A DNA stretch of 64,000 nucleotides from positions 1,240,001 through 1,304,000 of the forward strand of contig JBNJNM010000012.1 of assembly GCA_052426225.1 (NCBI GenBank). Reading direction: 5' to 3'. Below, piece by piece: positions 36,665 to 47,887 of the stretch; position 1 is the stretch's first letter, and the number at the start of each line of letters is the position of its first letter. The position numbers were made by a program, and so were the translations under genes. A model generated the notes under the pieces. The model did not search any database. It saw only the letters and a list, made by a program, of their open reading frames with translations, and was not told where the DNA came from. Source of the DNA: Zancudomyces culisetae HAW-14-8 (Eukaryota; Fungi; Kickxellomycota).

Positions 36665-37095
36665 TGTTATACTTTAACCTTGTATACCTTAGGCTATGGC
36701 TATTGCTAAGTTAAGTATCTGACTAATAATATTAGAATTACTCAGTTCTAATCATTTAACTAGTTTTGCTTGTCTGTTATTAATTATTAATAGTTAAATT
36801 TATTATTTTCAAAATGCTAAATAAATACTAGGTTATATTGAAAAGTACTAAGTAACATAATTTGTAGGTAAATAGTTAAAATAGTTTAATGAAGTATGTC
36901 GTAATAAAAAAAACTAATGATACCTGTTTACGCTGTCCGCTCACCACTATATTCACTTTGGTTCTGCAATTTTAATTTTCCAATATGTGGTATTAGAATA
37001 TTTCCTACTATCACGCTCTCATCAATAGAAAAGCTCCTAATGACCGGGAATAATTCTCTCAAAAAAAATATAACTGGGTATCGAAATTACTCACA
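36665..37095 (-). mobile_element. Degenerate solo LTR, family L (copy L3, inverted)
   Basis: TGT..ACA ends, 431 bp, contains the inverted family motif CGCTGTCCGCTC..TATTCACTT. TSD not recovered. Confidence 0.35.
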
Positions 37096-37459
37096 GGACA
37101 CTTTTTTTAGGTTACGAATGTATGAATTATTGATTCTTTTTGGAATGCGGTTACAAACTTGATTAGCAATATTTTTATTATGAAAATATATATTTTTTGA
37201 TAATATAAACAAATAATATCTGTAAAATTTGTAAGTGTTAAAAAAGTGAAGTAAATATTAAATGATATCGTTCCTATTTCAATACCTTTCCTACTTTGAA
37301 GCTTTACCTTATATATCTATTTGTTTAGATGACTTTTTATTATTCTAGTATAATTCGGTTTATGGATTTTTTGATAAGAATACAATGAATTGGATCTGTT
37401 TGGATAAACTTGGTTGAGATAAATAGTAAAAAAATATATTTAGTTGTCAAAAATAATAA

Positions 37460-37891
37460 TGTAATTTTAGTATAAAAATATTTATCTGATATAATATTTA
37501 TCAAATGTGACTACAGAGTTTGATATAACACAGAATATTTCACATATACTCAGGTCTCGGATCAATTTATTAGTTCTGTATGCCGTAATATGATGGTGTA
37601 ATACCTTTTATTATTGAATAGTATTAAATAAACATTAATAATCTATAATAATTAATAAGCACTAGCAGTAATTAATAATATAATAAACGTATATGTAAAG
37701 ATATAGTTTGTTAAGAAAAGCTTAAGGTATCGCTTTTCGCTGTCCCGTGTTTTATTATTTGCGTTAGCTCTGATATTCACTTAAATATGAAAGATCGATT
37801 ATAGTACTGTTCAAGCATTCGTATTTGTGGTTATGTATAGCTCTGGAATTACAATTGATTCACTAGAAAAAAGTATAAACGTTATACCGCA
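37460..37891 (-). mobile_element. Solo LTR, family L (copy L2, inverted relative to L1)
   Basis: TGTAAT...ATACCGCA; inverted homology to 37935-38372 (e.g. ATACTCAGGTCTCGGATCA; TGCCGTAATATGA). Flanks ATAA/AGAA. Confidence 0.65.
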
Positions 37892-37934
37892 AGAAAAGAA
37901 TATGAAAGTGATAAAATAAATTGTAAATAGGTAT

Positions 37935-38372
37935 TGTAGTATAACGGCTACATACTTTTTGCTAGCGAATCAATCGTGATTCCTTAGTAGAAGATAACTA
38001 CCAATGAGAGCTAGCAGCATAAATAGTAAAAATGATCTAAGATAGTAAAGTGAATAACAAACCGAATATAACGAGAGCGGACAACGAAAATAGCATCTTT
38101 AGCCATTTTTTACCAGATAATACTTTACATATACGTTTTTATATACTTACTAATAGCTAATAGCAATTGATACTGATATAGTTTACTTAGTGTTTTATTA
38201 TTATTTGAACAATAATAAAAGTTATTAAAAACATTCATATTACGGCAAACAGAACTGGTTAAGTGATCCGAGACCTGAGTATAACTGACATAATCAGTGC
38301 TATACTAAACTCAGCCATCACATTAGCTGAAAAAATATAACAGATAACTTATAATATCTACAATATATTACA
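37935..38372 (+). mobile_element. Solo LTR, family L (copy L1), abutting the tRNA-Val Pol III terminator
   Basis: TGTAGTATA...TATATTACA terminal IR and a perfect 4 bp TSD GTAT (37931-34, 38373-76). Confidence 0.8.
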
Positions 38373-38376
38373 GTAT

Positions 38377-38383
38377 AAAAAAA
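38377..38383 (-). terminator. Pol III oligo-dT terminator of tRNA-Val
   Basis: T7 on the minus strand, 1 nt after the tRNA 3' end. Confidence 0.8.
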
Positions 38384-38384
38384 G

Positions 38385-38458
38385 TGATTTCTGCCGGACT
38401 CGAACCGGCGACCGTCTGTGTGTTAGACAGACGTGATAACCATCTACACCAAGAAATC
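38385..38458 (-). tRNA. tRNA-Val(AAC)
   Basis: GATTTCTTGGTGTAGATGGTTATCACGTCTGTCT-AAC-ACACAGACGGTCGCCGGTTCGAGTCCGGCAGAAATCA forms a full cloverleaf with A and B boxes. Confidence 0.97.
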
Positions 38459-38468
38459 ACATGTGTCG

Positions 38469-39251
38469 TGTCGAATGAGTAAAACTATTAAACTACTATT
38501 AATGCATGGATATACATTCCCATATTTTAATAGTTTGAATTAAAACTGGACATAATTTAAAAAATTAAGAAAATAAAAATTAATGGACTCAGCATGAAAT
38601 TAATTCTTCATACTGCGTCCATGCAATAATGATGAATGTAGTATGAGAAATGTTCACATACATGTTCATACTACATCAATATTATCAAACCTAAATATTA
38701 TTTTATTAGTTATACCTTATCATGTTTATAGTCTATTTGGAGAACAAAATGATTTTATAGTTTATATTTAAAGGATACATGGTGGAAAAGAAACCATCAT
38801 CCATGTCCTACCATACGGATTAGTAATAAAGATTATCTAAATAAAGATTTTTAAACAGCAAAAATAAAAGTAAAAAAAAAAATAAATAAATAAATAATGA
38901 TCAACTATCTTTTTGGTACAGGTGCGAATGAATCTAGGAGAGATTCTTCCATCTCATCAAACAGCACCAGGGGCAGTAGCATGGACCAAGAGACAGGGGT
39001 GTTGAGCCCCCGAACACTTGGGGAGTTGACGGAAAGTGTTCGTCAACTTCGAATCCGTAGAAGCCCGGAGTCAATGTCCGTGAGTACTATCTCACCGACA
39101 TTGTATAGGGATAATAGCTCAACTGAGCCTCCCTTGATGCACATCACGCTACGGGGTAGCAGTGCATCAATATCCAGTGATTATACCCGAACCGGTATGT
39201 CACGTGCAGAGACTAGTATTCAGAACTCTCAGGGTTTTGAATACTACGACA
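38469..39251 (+). mobile_element. Solo LTR family A (copy A1, ORF-containing), inserted within the first 5 nt of copy A2
   Basis: TGTCG...CGACA ends; TSD GTCG (38465-68 / 39252-55). Confidence 0.85.
38897..39251 (+). CDS. LTR-encoded ORF (~118 aa, open at the LTR end; possible Gag N-terminus)
   Basis: Homologous to the 39746 and 53940 ORFs with mostly synonymous differences. No stop before the terminal CA. Confidence 0.6.
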
Positions 39252-39745
39252 GTCGCAATAAGCCGAATTGTAATCCAAATTCGAATAGTGTACGAGAAAT
39301 TTTTTGTACACTCATTGCGGAATGCCAATTTTTATAATTTTTATTGTCGTTTAAATTTTTGTTCAAATTAATTTCGACTCAGCATGAAATAAATTCTACA
39401 TGCTGAGTCCATTCAATAATGATGATTCTAGTACGAAATATGTTTTCATACTGAACATCAAATAATTTTAATGATTATGTGTTCCCACACATAATCTTAA
39501 TTGCACGTATGCTGCAATTATGAAACAAAACTATTAGTATACTTAACAGCATAATAATAGTGTATAGTTATTTATTACATTGAAAAACTAGGTTAGCATT
39601 TAAGTTTTTAATCATATATATAATTGATATAGTAGTCTATTAGGTAACTTTATCCATGTCCTACTTTACGGATTAAATAGTATAGTTAATAAACTCAATA
39701 AAACAAACTTTAAAAGTATATACATATAATAAATAACCAAACATC

Positions 39746-40094
39746 ATGAACTATTTCTTGTATACCAAGAGTAAATCCAAGAGGGATTCTGAAACTAGCT
39801 CCAGCCTGAGCACGGCTAGTAGCATGGACCAAGAGACTGGGGTTTTAAGTCCTCGGACTCTTGGGGAGTTGACAGAAAGTGTCCGTCAACTCCAAATCCG
39901 TAGGAGCCCAGAACCAATGTCCGTGAGCAGTATCTCACCGACATTGTATAGGGGAAACAGCTCACCCGAGCACCCTATTATGCACATCACACTACGGGGT
40001 AGTGGTGCATCTTCATCAAGTGGTCATACCCGAACCGGTATGACACATGATGAACTTAATAATCATGGTTACACGAATTTTGATTATTACGACA
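39746..40094 (+). CDS. LTR-encoded ORF in A2 (open at the LTR end)
   Basis: MNYFLYTKSK...DYYD runs to the terminal CA; the residues beyond come from flanking DNA. Confidence 0.6.
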
Positions 40095-40098
40095 CATG

Positions 40099-40786
40099 TG
40101 TTGTAATTTTAGTTTGCACATGATTTCTCAGGAAATTTCCGCAACTAAACCTACAAAAAGTTCTGCTAATAGAGGGGGATTGTTACTGGAATAAGTTTTA
40201 CTTTATTTAACCAGTCAACCCTACCTTTTTAGCTTATATTTAATTTAGTTTTATGTATTTATTACTTCAATAAATGCGATAAAACTGGGTAAAATTACGC
40301 CCAACTCCTAAAATTTGGTGTGCAAAACGATTAATTTTGGTCCAAAAATTAGACTCTGATACCTTTCTGATACCCTTTGAAAATTGTGTTACGCTTCACT
40401 ACCTATGTTTTTTTTTGGTTTTAGGTAGGTTTTTGCTCAAATCACAAATTTCAATTTTATAGAGTAAAATCAAGTATTTTAGAGCTAATTTGTATTTTAT
40501 TTAATGAATAACTTTTAAAAATAAAAAGATAAAACCACCAAACTTGTGGTGGGGATACTAGTAATATACTAGTACCTGACTAGCTATTTTATTAGAACTT
40601 TATATAATAGAAACTTAAAATAAAACAATTATAACTGAATATTACTCCAACATTTGGGTAATAAATTACCCAAGAAATCCCAGATTTCTTGCTCGAACAC
40701 CCGAGATAACGGTGATTATTCGGTGTTTGAGAAGCTGTATGCTGTTCATCCAATAGTTTAGCTTGGGTAGAACTAAGCATACAACA
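40099..40786. mobile_element. Solo LTR-like element B (688 bp)
   Basis: TGTTGTA...TACAACA perfect 7 bp IR; TSD CATG on both sides (40095-98 / 40787-90). Confidence 0.85.
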
Positions 40787-40793
40787 CATGTTT

Positions 40794-41112
40794 TGTTAAA
40801 ATAAGATTATTGTACTATATTTTTCTCTACTTATTTATTATCACTATACTATATTTGTTTTAACAATATAAACTGTATACTTAATATTATTCTGATAGTT
40901 TGAGAAAAGTGTTATCTTTATCTTTCTTGTTGAAGGAGGTCCTTTTGACCCCTAAAATTGTTCATACTAGTCTGAAATAAATTATACCTATAAAATAACA
41001 TCGGACAAAAACCACGAGGGGAAAAAGGTCCAATCTAAAAATATTGCTAATTATATAATCCTAAACTAATAACTGATAATTAAAATTGTTTCTATCATAT
41101 TATTATATGACA
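40794..41112 (-). mobile_element. Solo LTR D (319 bp), related to the gypsy-1 LTR
   Basis: TGTT...TTATATGACA; TSD GTTT (40790-93 / 41113-16); shares GAAAA(A)GGTCCAATCT and its end sequence with the 54440/59402 LTRs. Confidence 0.85.
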
Positions 41113-41115
41113 GTT

Positions 41116-41577
41116 TGTTGTATAATTAAATTTTACTTATAATTATTTATATTTTTATTATTTATATATGTATAATATGTATCGTATAATTATTGTTATA
41201 AATTATAAACTTAGTTGAAACTATTATAATCTTAATATAAACATCTGGAGTTGATCATAACTATTTATTTACTACTATAAAGCTTGTATGATAGAATGAT
41301 ATTTATTTCCTTATGCAACAACTAACCCTTTAAATACATTTCCTAGTATTATAAACATACTAATAGCTAACTATTGAACTAATACTAACTAAATAAACTA
41401 ATACTGAAACAATTTAAATGATTAATAAACTAATACTCTTAGAAAAAACATCAATGAATCAGTTTCATTGAATACTAAAAAACTAAAACTAAAAGTATAT
41501 TATTAATTTAATTATTTCACTTGATGATAAACATATAATATTAGTTTATCACCAAGGGTTCATGTCACTATATGACA
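41116..41577. mobile_element. Solo LTR E (462 bp)
   Basis: TGTTGTATA...TATATGACA; right flank TGTT (41578-81) matches the left flank once D is removed. Confidence 0.8.
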
Positions 41578-41582
41578 TGTTG

Positions 41583-41987
41583 TGTTAACTTTCGACCCTT
41601 TTCTGGTAGTAGTCGTAGTTATTCGTATTTAGTTGGTTTAAAATTTAATAGAAAAGTTAATTATCTACTTGTTTTGTTCGAAACTCTAACTAACTATTAA
41701 GACTTGATTATTATTTTGGTTATTATTCTTTATTTTTTATTGCTAAAAAGTTCTTCTTCCAAAAATAAATAAAATTTATATATAAACTATTTTTTTTTCC
41801 ATCTATTTTGTTATCTCAATTTTTCTGTGTTATCAATTATTGTTTTGTAATTTCTTGGCTCATTAAAAAAACCCAAATTGTTCATGAAAAAAAGAGTCCA
41901 ATTTTTCCACTAATTTTAATATAGTAATTTATCAGAATTGACTTTGACAATTCGTATTTTTTATAATATATAATTAATTATGCAACA
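41583..41987. mobile_element. Solo LTR F (405 bp)
   Basis: TGTT...AACA; TSD GTTG (41579-82 / 41988-91). Confidence 0.82.
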
Positions 41988-41989
41988 GT

Positions 41990-42443
41990 TGTGTTAGCGA
42001 TTTAGGTTCTTAACCGCATAAATAAAATATTTACTATGCTAACTAATATATACTAAGTAATATTTTTTAATAAGTTTTCACTATATATGTTAAAGACTTT
42101 AGTAAATAGACCAAACTATGTTTATGTGATTTATTTGATAACGCTACTACAAGAAAAAACATGTAGTATTTATAATAAATAATATACTATAATAAACTTA
42201 ACTATATACCTAAACTACTAATAAACCTATACTATTTTTTTTATATTTGTTCATGCCTAGAAAAAATCCGAAGATGAAAAAAACTATGCATGAACCTAGA
42301 ATTTATGAATAAACTAATAATATACTATAACAGATCAAATATTATGATCTACAAAAAGTAATATAAAATTAATATAATAAAACCAATATTATTAGAAGGT
42401 AGATTATATAGTGACTAGAGGTGATTTGCGTCGCTATATATCA
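41990..42443. mobile_element. Solo LTR G (~454 bp)
   Basis: TGTGTTAGCGA...TCGCTATATATCA; right flank TGTT. After removing F the duplication is TGT (3 bp, or 4 bp with one T lost). Confidence 0.6.
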
Positions 42444-42448
42444 TGTTT

Positions 42449-42838
42449 TGTAATATTATTTTAAATATATTTGCCTTTTTAGGGGCTTTGTACTCAACTC
42501 CGAACTCTATAGCACTTGTATAGTTTTTATCCTACACCCTTGCTAATAGTTCGTTATATGAAGTTAGTACAGTCGTATTTATTGTATATCTTATTTTTTT
42601 ATTAATTTCCTCTCTCCTCAAAACTATGTAAAAATTTTATATTTCTTTTGTTATCTCAAAAACTAATTAAAAAAACTTTTCCTAATAACGACTAACCTGT
42701 TATCATGGATAGAAATTGGATAAAACCCACCATAGGGAGAAAAGTCCAATCTCCAATGAAAATAAATATGATTAATAATTAAGATAAAAGTCTGCCAATC
42801 AAAGCTAGAAGGTATGAACTATCATTTTTTATATGACA
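42449..42838 (-). mobile_element. Solo LTR H (390 bp), related to the gypsy-1 LTR
   Basis: TGTAATATT...TTTTATATGACA (same termini as the gypsy-1 LTR), internal GGGAGAAAAGTCCAATCT; TSD GTTT (42445-48 / 42839-42). Confidence 0.87.
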
Positions 42839-42841
42839 GTT

Positions 42842-43151
42842 TTTCGTACTTATTTTACGAGTTTAATATTTTACTATATATTTTATACAATTTAGGGATT
42901 TACCATAACAATAGTCGAACAATCTACAGATTCGCTTCGTCCTATTGTTTATTATATTGTTTAATTAGTATAATAAGCTAGTTTTTTTATTTTCTACTTT
43001 TTATAGCGAAAGGGAAAATGGTATATAAAAACACCATCTTCCAATATAAAAAAAAGTGGGACTTTTCCGACCTTCTAATCCACAATAAATAAAATATTTA
43101 ATAATACTAAATATACCCAAGAATTTATGTAGTTGATTTTTAAGTATGACA
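42842..43151. mobile_element. Solo LTR I (310 bp), left TG mutated
   Basis: T(T)TCGTACTTA...TAAGTATGACA 11 bp imperfect IR; right flank TGTT matches the reconstructed left flank. Confidence 0.72.
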
Positions 43152-43155
43152 TGTT

Positions 43156-43566
43156 TGTGGTAAAGTATTGTTAATGCCATATATAATAATACTTTCCCCA
43201 CAAATAGTGTATATATTTGGTTTAGTTTTTTCGAATAGGTTATTTTATAACCCAGATATAAATACTATGGGTTATTTTCATTATTATCCAAATAACTATT
43301 TTTAACTAAATATCTATTTTTACTACATATCTATTCTTATTATATAGCTATTTATCGATATAATCAATATATCGATACTATATATTAAATATTTTACGCA
43401 TTCGAGGTTGAACAACCATAAAGGTTGTAAAAATTAGTTTTATTATATATAATAGTTTTAATTAGTTTATAAAAAATAAGTAATAAGGGGTAAAAAAACT
43501 TCCATCATGAAAACGAGAGTATTGACATAGTTAATAAAATAACTTCAGTATTCATATTTAACCAAA
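43156..43566. mobile_element. Probable degenerate solo LTR J (~411 bp)
   Basis: Starts TGTGGTAAA after TGTT. Candidate end TTTAACCAAA (terminal CA mutated) is followed by TGTT (43567-70). Confidence 0.45.
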
Positions 43567-43680
43567 TGTTAGTATAAACCTGACATTATGTGTGTGTTGC
43601 TATGTTTAACGTCCCATTTAGTTTTTTTTACACCAAATAACACACGGGACGGGTCATTTTACTTACCTTTTATCTATATC

Positions 43681-44186
43681 TGTAACGACTTGACACTAAG
43701 TACTATTTGTATTAACTATGGCTATGATTTTATTAATAAAATACTATGAGATGAAAAGTATTTTATTGCTAAAGTTTCCTAAAGCAATAAAATCCTTGAC
43801 CTTATATAGTTTTACAATATACAAAATTAATTGTAAAACTCAATAAAAACTTACTTAAACTATAACTTAAAATTAAAATATATTAAATGTCAACTCCACA
43901 GTTAACATTTAATAATTTGGGGGTAAAACTAAATTATTATATAGTATTTTGAATTTTGCAAAGAGGAAATTTATTTAGTTTACCAAAAATTTTAATTTTA
44001 AACTATAAAATCTACAAAAAATCTAACTGAAAATTACAAATCACAACTAATGGTGTATTTACGTAGACAGAATAAGTATCAGCGTGCGTTTTCGTGTCAA
44101 GAGAATACTTTTTATTGTTATGAGTAACATTTTTTTTAAAACATGTAAACTAAATACTCTTTAAAAGTAATATTAATAATATTACA
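43681..44186 (+). mobile_element. Solo LTR family K (copy K1)
   Basis: TGTAA...TTACA flanked by TATC/TATC; the first ~260 bp are highly similar to 52455-52711. Confidence 0.7.
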
Positions 44187-45615
44187 TATCATTATTACTA
44201 TTTATATATTCAATAATTTAATTTTACTTATAATAGTATATGTTGTGTACGTAAATAATATTGAATTATTGCATTATGAATGTCTAACTTAATTATGTAG
44301 TTGATAAAGTATTTTTTACTAAAAAACCTTTTTATAAAAATATTTAATTTTCCCTCAAATGGTAACCAACTTTGTCAATCTCGTTTAAGAAGAACGTTAG
44401 AGTTAATTGATAAATTATCTTTCTGTGTTATTAGCTAAATTATTTTTACAATATTTATTGTGTATAGTTTCCTACCTATCATATTTATCTTGTTTTCAGT
44501 TATTTTTGTTAGATGAATTTATTAAATAAATATCACAATAATCGACTAAAAATAATCCTATAAAATATCTACTTGACCAATTCCACTCCGCCCCTCCAGG
44601 GACTCCATACCCACCTGGCGTTGGTTCAGGGGCTGTTTTAAGTTATTTTCTAATTAATTCATATATAATTTTATTACTGTCCAAACATGATTCGAAATTA
44701 ATTATTATTTATATCTGTTAATAGCCTATTTGTTATAGTAACTATATTTTATAATCATAATTAAATGGTAATAGTATATTTAAATAATTAAATCACACTC
44801 CATTTAATTATCTAGAGACCTTACTTTTAGTTTTTACGATATCATCCAGTGCTCATATGGAAAATAACATTTAACGCACTTATATATTGTTGGAAACGAC
44901 AAATAACTGTTCTCTAATCGCTAACTATTACATTATTCGTAATTTGCCGTTTTCTAGTAATAACTGAATTTGTGTAAATATTATTTATCTATTGTTATTG
45001 AATATTTGATTGAAATAATAATTTTGCTTTTAATATTTGTCATGGTAACCATTGATATACAGTTTTTCAACTTTCGTAATTAATAATCTTATATAAATGA
45101 AATTATATTATTAATAGATTTATTTTAGATACGAATTGCATTTTATATCACAACAGTAAACATCTAAAAATTTTGAGTTTGAAACTATTATAATAGATTA
45201 TTCATGATATGGAAGTTTGCAAGTAAACAATCGCTTTCTTCACATACAAAAACTAACAAAAAGTACTTCGCCTTTTATTACTTTTTTTACCATAATATCA
45301 GCCATTTTGACAGTTACTTGTAAGTTCATTTTATTTCCTCTTCTAACCAATATAGACTTGTGTGAAACTGTCTAATGCTACATTAACACATTAGGTTTAC
45401 TCAAGATTTTATCAGTATTACAACTATTTTAGATTTAATGATTTCGCACTCATGATTGGCCAACCTTTTTGCTAGATTTTGACTCAACTCTTCAATAGGT
45501 AGTTTTGAAATTGTTAGTAATTCAGCTCTAAAATAAATTAAAAAATATTTCCAGTTATAAAATTTCAGCTCTTTACAATTAAAAATAAATCCAATAAATT
45601 TTAGGTAGAACAAAG

Positions 45616-46388
45616 ATGCAGTATAGTATATCCAAATTAGCATATTCTAAGATTATATTCCACGCATTAAAATACAGCCATGCAAATATCCATGGTGTGC
45701 TAATTGGTGAAATAAAGGAGGGCTCAGGAGTTGTAAGAGTAATAGATGCGGTTCCTCTTGGCCATCTGATGATTGAAACCAGCCCTATGGCAGAGATTGC
45801 ATTACAACAGGTAATTTTTCCCTTCCTATAATAATTCAAAACAGTTAACTATATTAAATAGAGATTTCATTAATTAAATCGTGTTTTTTCAGAGAATTGA
45901 TTATTAGATTGATTTTATTTTTATATAGACTACCTAATAGCGAAAAACAAATGAAAAAATAGATCGAATTATATGCCAAAGATACTGAGAAGAAAATAGT
46001 TGGATATTATGCAGGATATAACGATGAAAAAAACGGATTATCCCCAAGTGGAGAAATCATAGCGAGTAAAATCAGGAGTGTAAATAAAGACTCGGTAGTA
46101 TTAATTTTGGATAAGTCTAAATTTAGGCAAGTTGACATAGTGCCAGTAATCACTCCATATGTTCAGTCTGGAGCACAGTGGAGGCCTTTTAACTTTGAGC
46201 AAAATCCAGATGCAAGTAAGAAAGAGGATCAAATGTATTTTGAAAACAATACTGCTCTAGAAACAGTGAAGAAGCTTCTTAGCGTCATGGATAAAATAGT
46301 TATCTGCGATTTCGATTCGCATTTAGAAGATTTGTCTGTAGATTGGCTCCAGAATCAGCATTTTAATAATTTGGTTAAATTACTATAG
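45616..46388 (+). CDS. EMC8: ER membrane protein complex subunit 8/9 (UPF0172, MPN-like); intron at ~45811-45962
   Basis: AYSKIIFHALKY..IHGVLIG..DAVPLGH..PMAEIALQQ|IELY..IVGYY..DFDSHLEDLSVDWLQN. Confidence 0.85.
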
Positions 46389-46436
46389 CTTTATTCATGT
46401 TTCTAGTGTACGAAAATTACCAATAAAGTTACTATT

Positions 46437-47887
46437 TTACAAATCTAAACTCAACAGCAAATCACTCAAGTTTTTCAGCATTGAAGTCTGATCGATAGTT
46501 TGCAGTTTTTGTGAAGATAAAAGATGACAAATATCGGATTGAAGTAGTTTGACCGCATATTGATACTTTAGTCTTTTCGCATGCTTCATAGGGTAAAGCG
46601 GGAATACATATGTACTATAAACTGTATTGGCCACTTCGCTGTATATCAAAGACTCGGAGGATCTGGGCCGAACTGGATATAGTAATTGTACATCCAAGTA
46701 TTTTGCCAAGTAGTAAACCAAAGTTGACACGTGGCCAAGCGCTGCAGATGTTTCATAAAAAAGATGTCCTTCTAAATTGGTAGGATATTTTATTATTATT
46801 GATTCAATCACATTGATATTGCAGATAGTCGCTCAGTATTACCCGTTTGATTGCACTGTAAATCTGGACTGAGTCCCACAATGGTCCATCTGTTTTTTTC
46901 AAAATCCTACCAAGTAAATTTGTTGTTTGGTTAGCAGGGATTTAAAAATTCCAAAGTGAAAAAGTATTAAAAAATGGATGTACCTTGCTAATAGTAAACA
47001 CAAACTGAAGTTCGCTGAGTAATTCCATGGTTTTCTTTTCTATCAGATCTTTTGTATTCTCATATATTATTTTATTTTGAGCAAGGATCATTCGACTTTC
47101 ACCTAGCCTTGTAGGTTGATTGCTTTGTTTTTCTCTTTCTCTAAGTAGCTCTTGTGATTTTTCAAAGTTTCTCTTTTGTGCGAACTCGATCATTCTTTTA
47201 GCTAAGATATATTTTAATATTAAAAATATTCAAGCCAAAAGATAAAGATTATAAAATCGAATCTAACTCTAGTCCCAACTCACTTTATTTAGTTAGTACA
47301 AACAACTAACAGAGATAAAAATCAAAATACCTTTTTCTATCTTTTGACGCTTTTTGAAGAGTGTTCGCTTATATTTTTCGATTTCTGCCTTTAGTATTGT
47401 TCTTTTATTTCGCTATAATTCAGATTTGCGAGAACATTAATCTATACCCCAGTTGTTGCTAGACCTATTTGACAGAATTGATAACAAAAACATAGGTATT
47501 GGACTCACCAATTCAAGTATACTAAACCCTAAACCCGAGTTTTCTTCACATTTTTTAAAAACATATTTTTTCACACTCTCATAATATTTTTTTTCATACT
47601 CGGAAAGCCTATTTTACGATATAAAAAAGATATGATTTGTAAATAGAGAACATAAAGTTTAGAGAATTATGGTTAATGAGTAAAAATTTATTAAGCTAAC
47701 CTTTTTAACATTTCCAGATTATAAGACATTTTTAATTCATCCTATTTGAATAAAATCTAGATTAAATAAATTCTAAAAAGAAGTTAAATGTTATAATCAC
47801 CTTTTCAGTTGCAAATCCGATTTTGTCTTGACCTGTGTGATAAGAATTCATCGCAGAATTGCTTGACTTTTTATTTAATTCCATCAT
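46437..47887 (-). CDS. UVRAG/Vps38/ATG14-family autophagy protein, multi-exon (start approximate)
   Basis: Coiled-coil exons plus the family signature TSAALGHVSTLVYYLAKYLDVQLLYPVRPRSSESLI..FPLY..YQYAVKLLQSDICHL. Confidence 0.7.

Larger units (their letters stand above)
38464..40094 (+). mobile_element. Solo LTR family A (copy A2; 38464-38468 + 39256-40094, 844 bp, interrupted by A1)
   Basis: TGTCGCAATAA...TTATTACGACA terminal IR; TSD CATG (38460-63 / 40095-98); near-identical to 53592-54436. Confidence 0.88.

Noticed and set aside
37460-38372. ~900 bp long inverted repeat resembling a MITE or foldback element
   Set aside because: It resolves into two related solo LTRs in opposite orientation, each with its own TG..CA ends and flanking duplication.
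38464-43566. CRISPR array or integron
   Set aside because: There are no constant repeats or attC sites and no cas or integrase gene. The units are LTR-like with short TSDs, so the analogy is only to polarity.
44580-44636. Short GC-rich patch in AT-rich DNA, possible tRNA or ncRNA relic
   Set aside because: No cloverleaf, and no convincing A/B-box pair.
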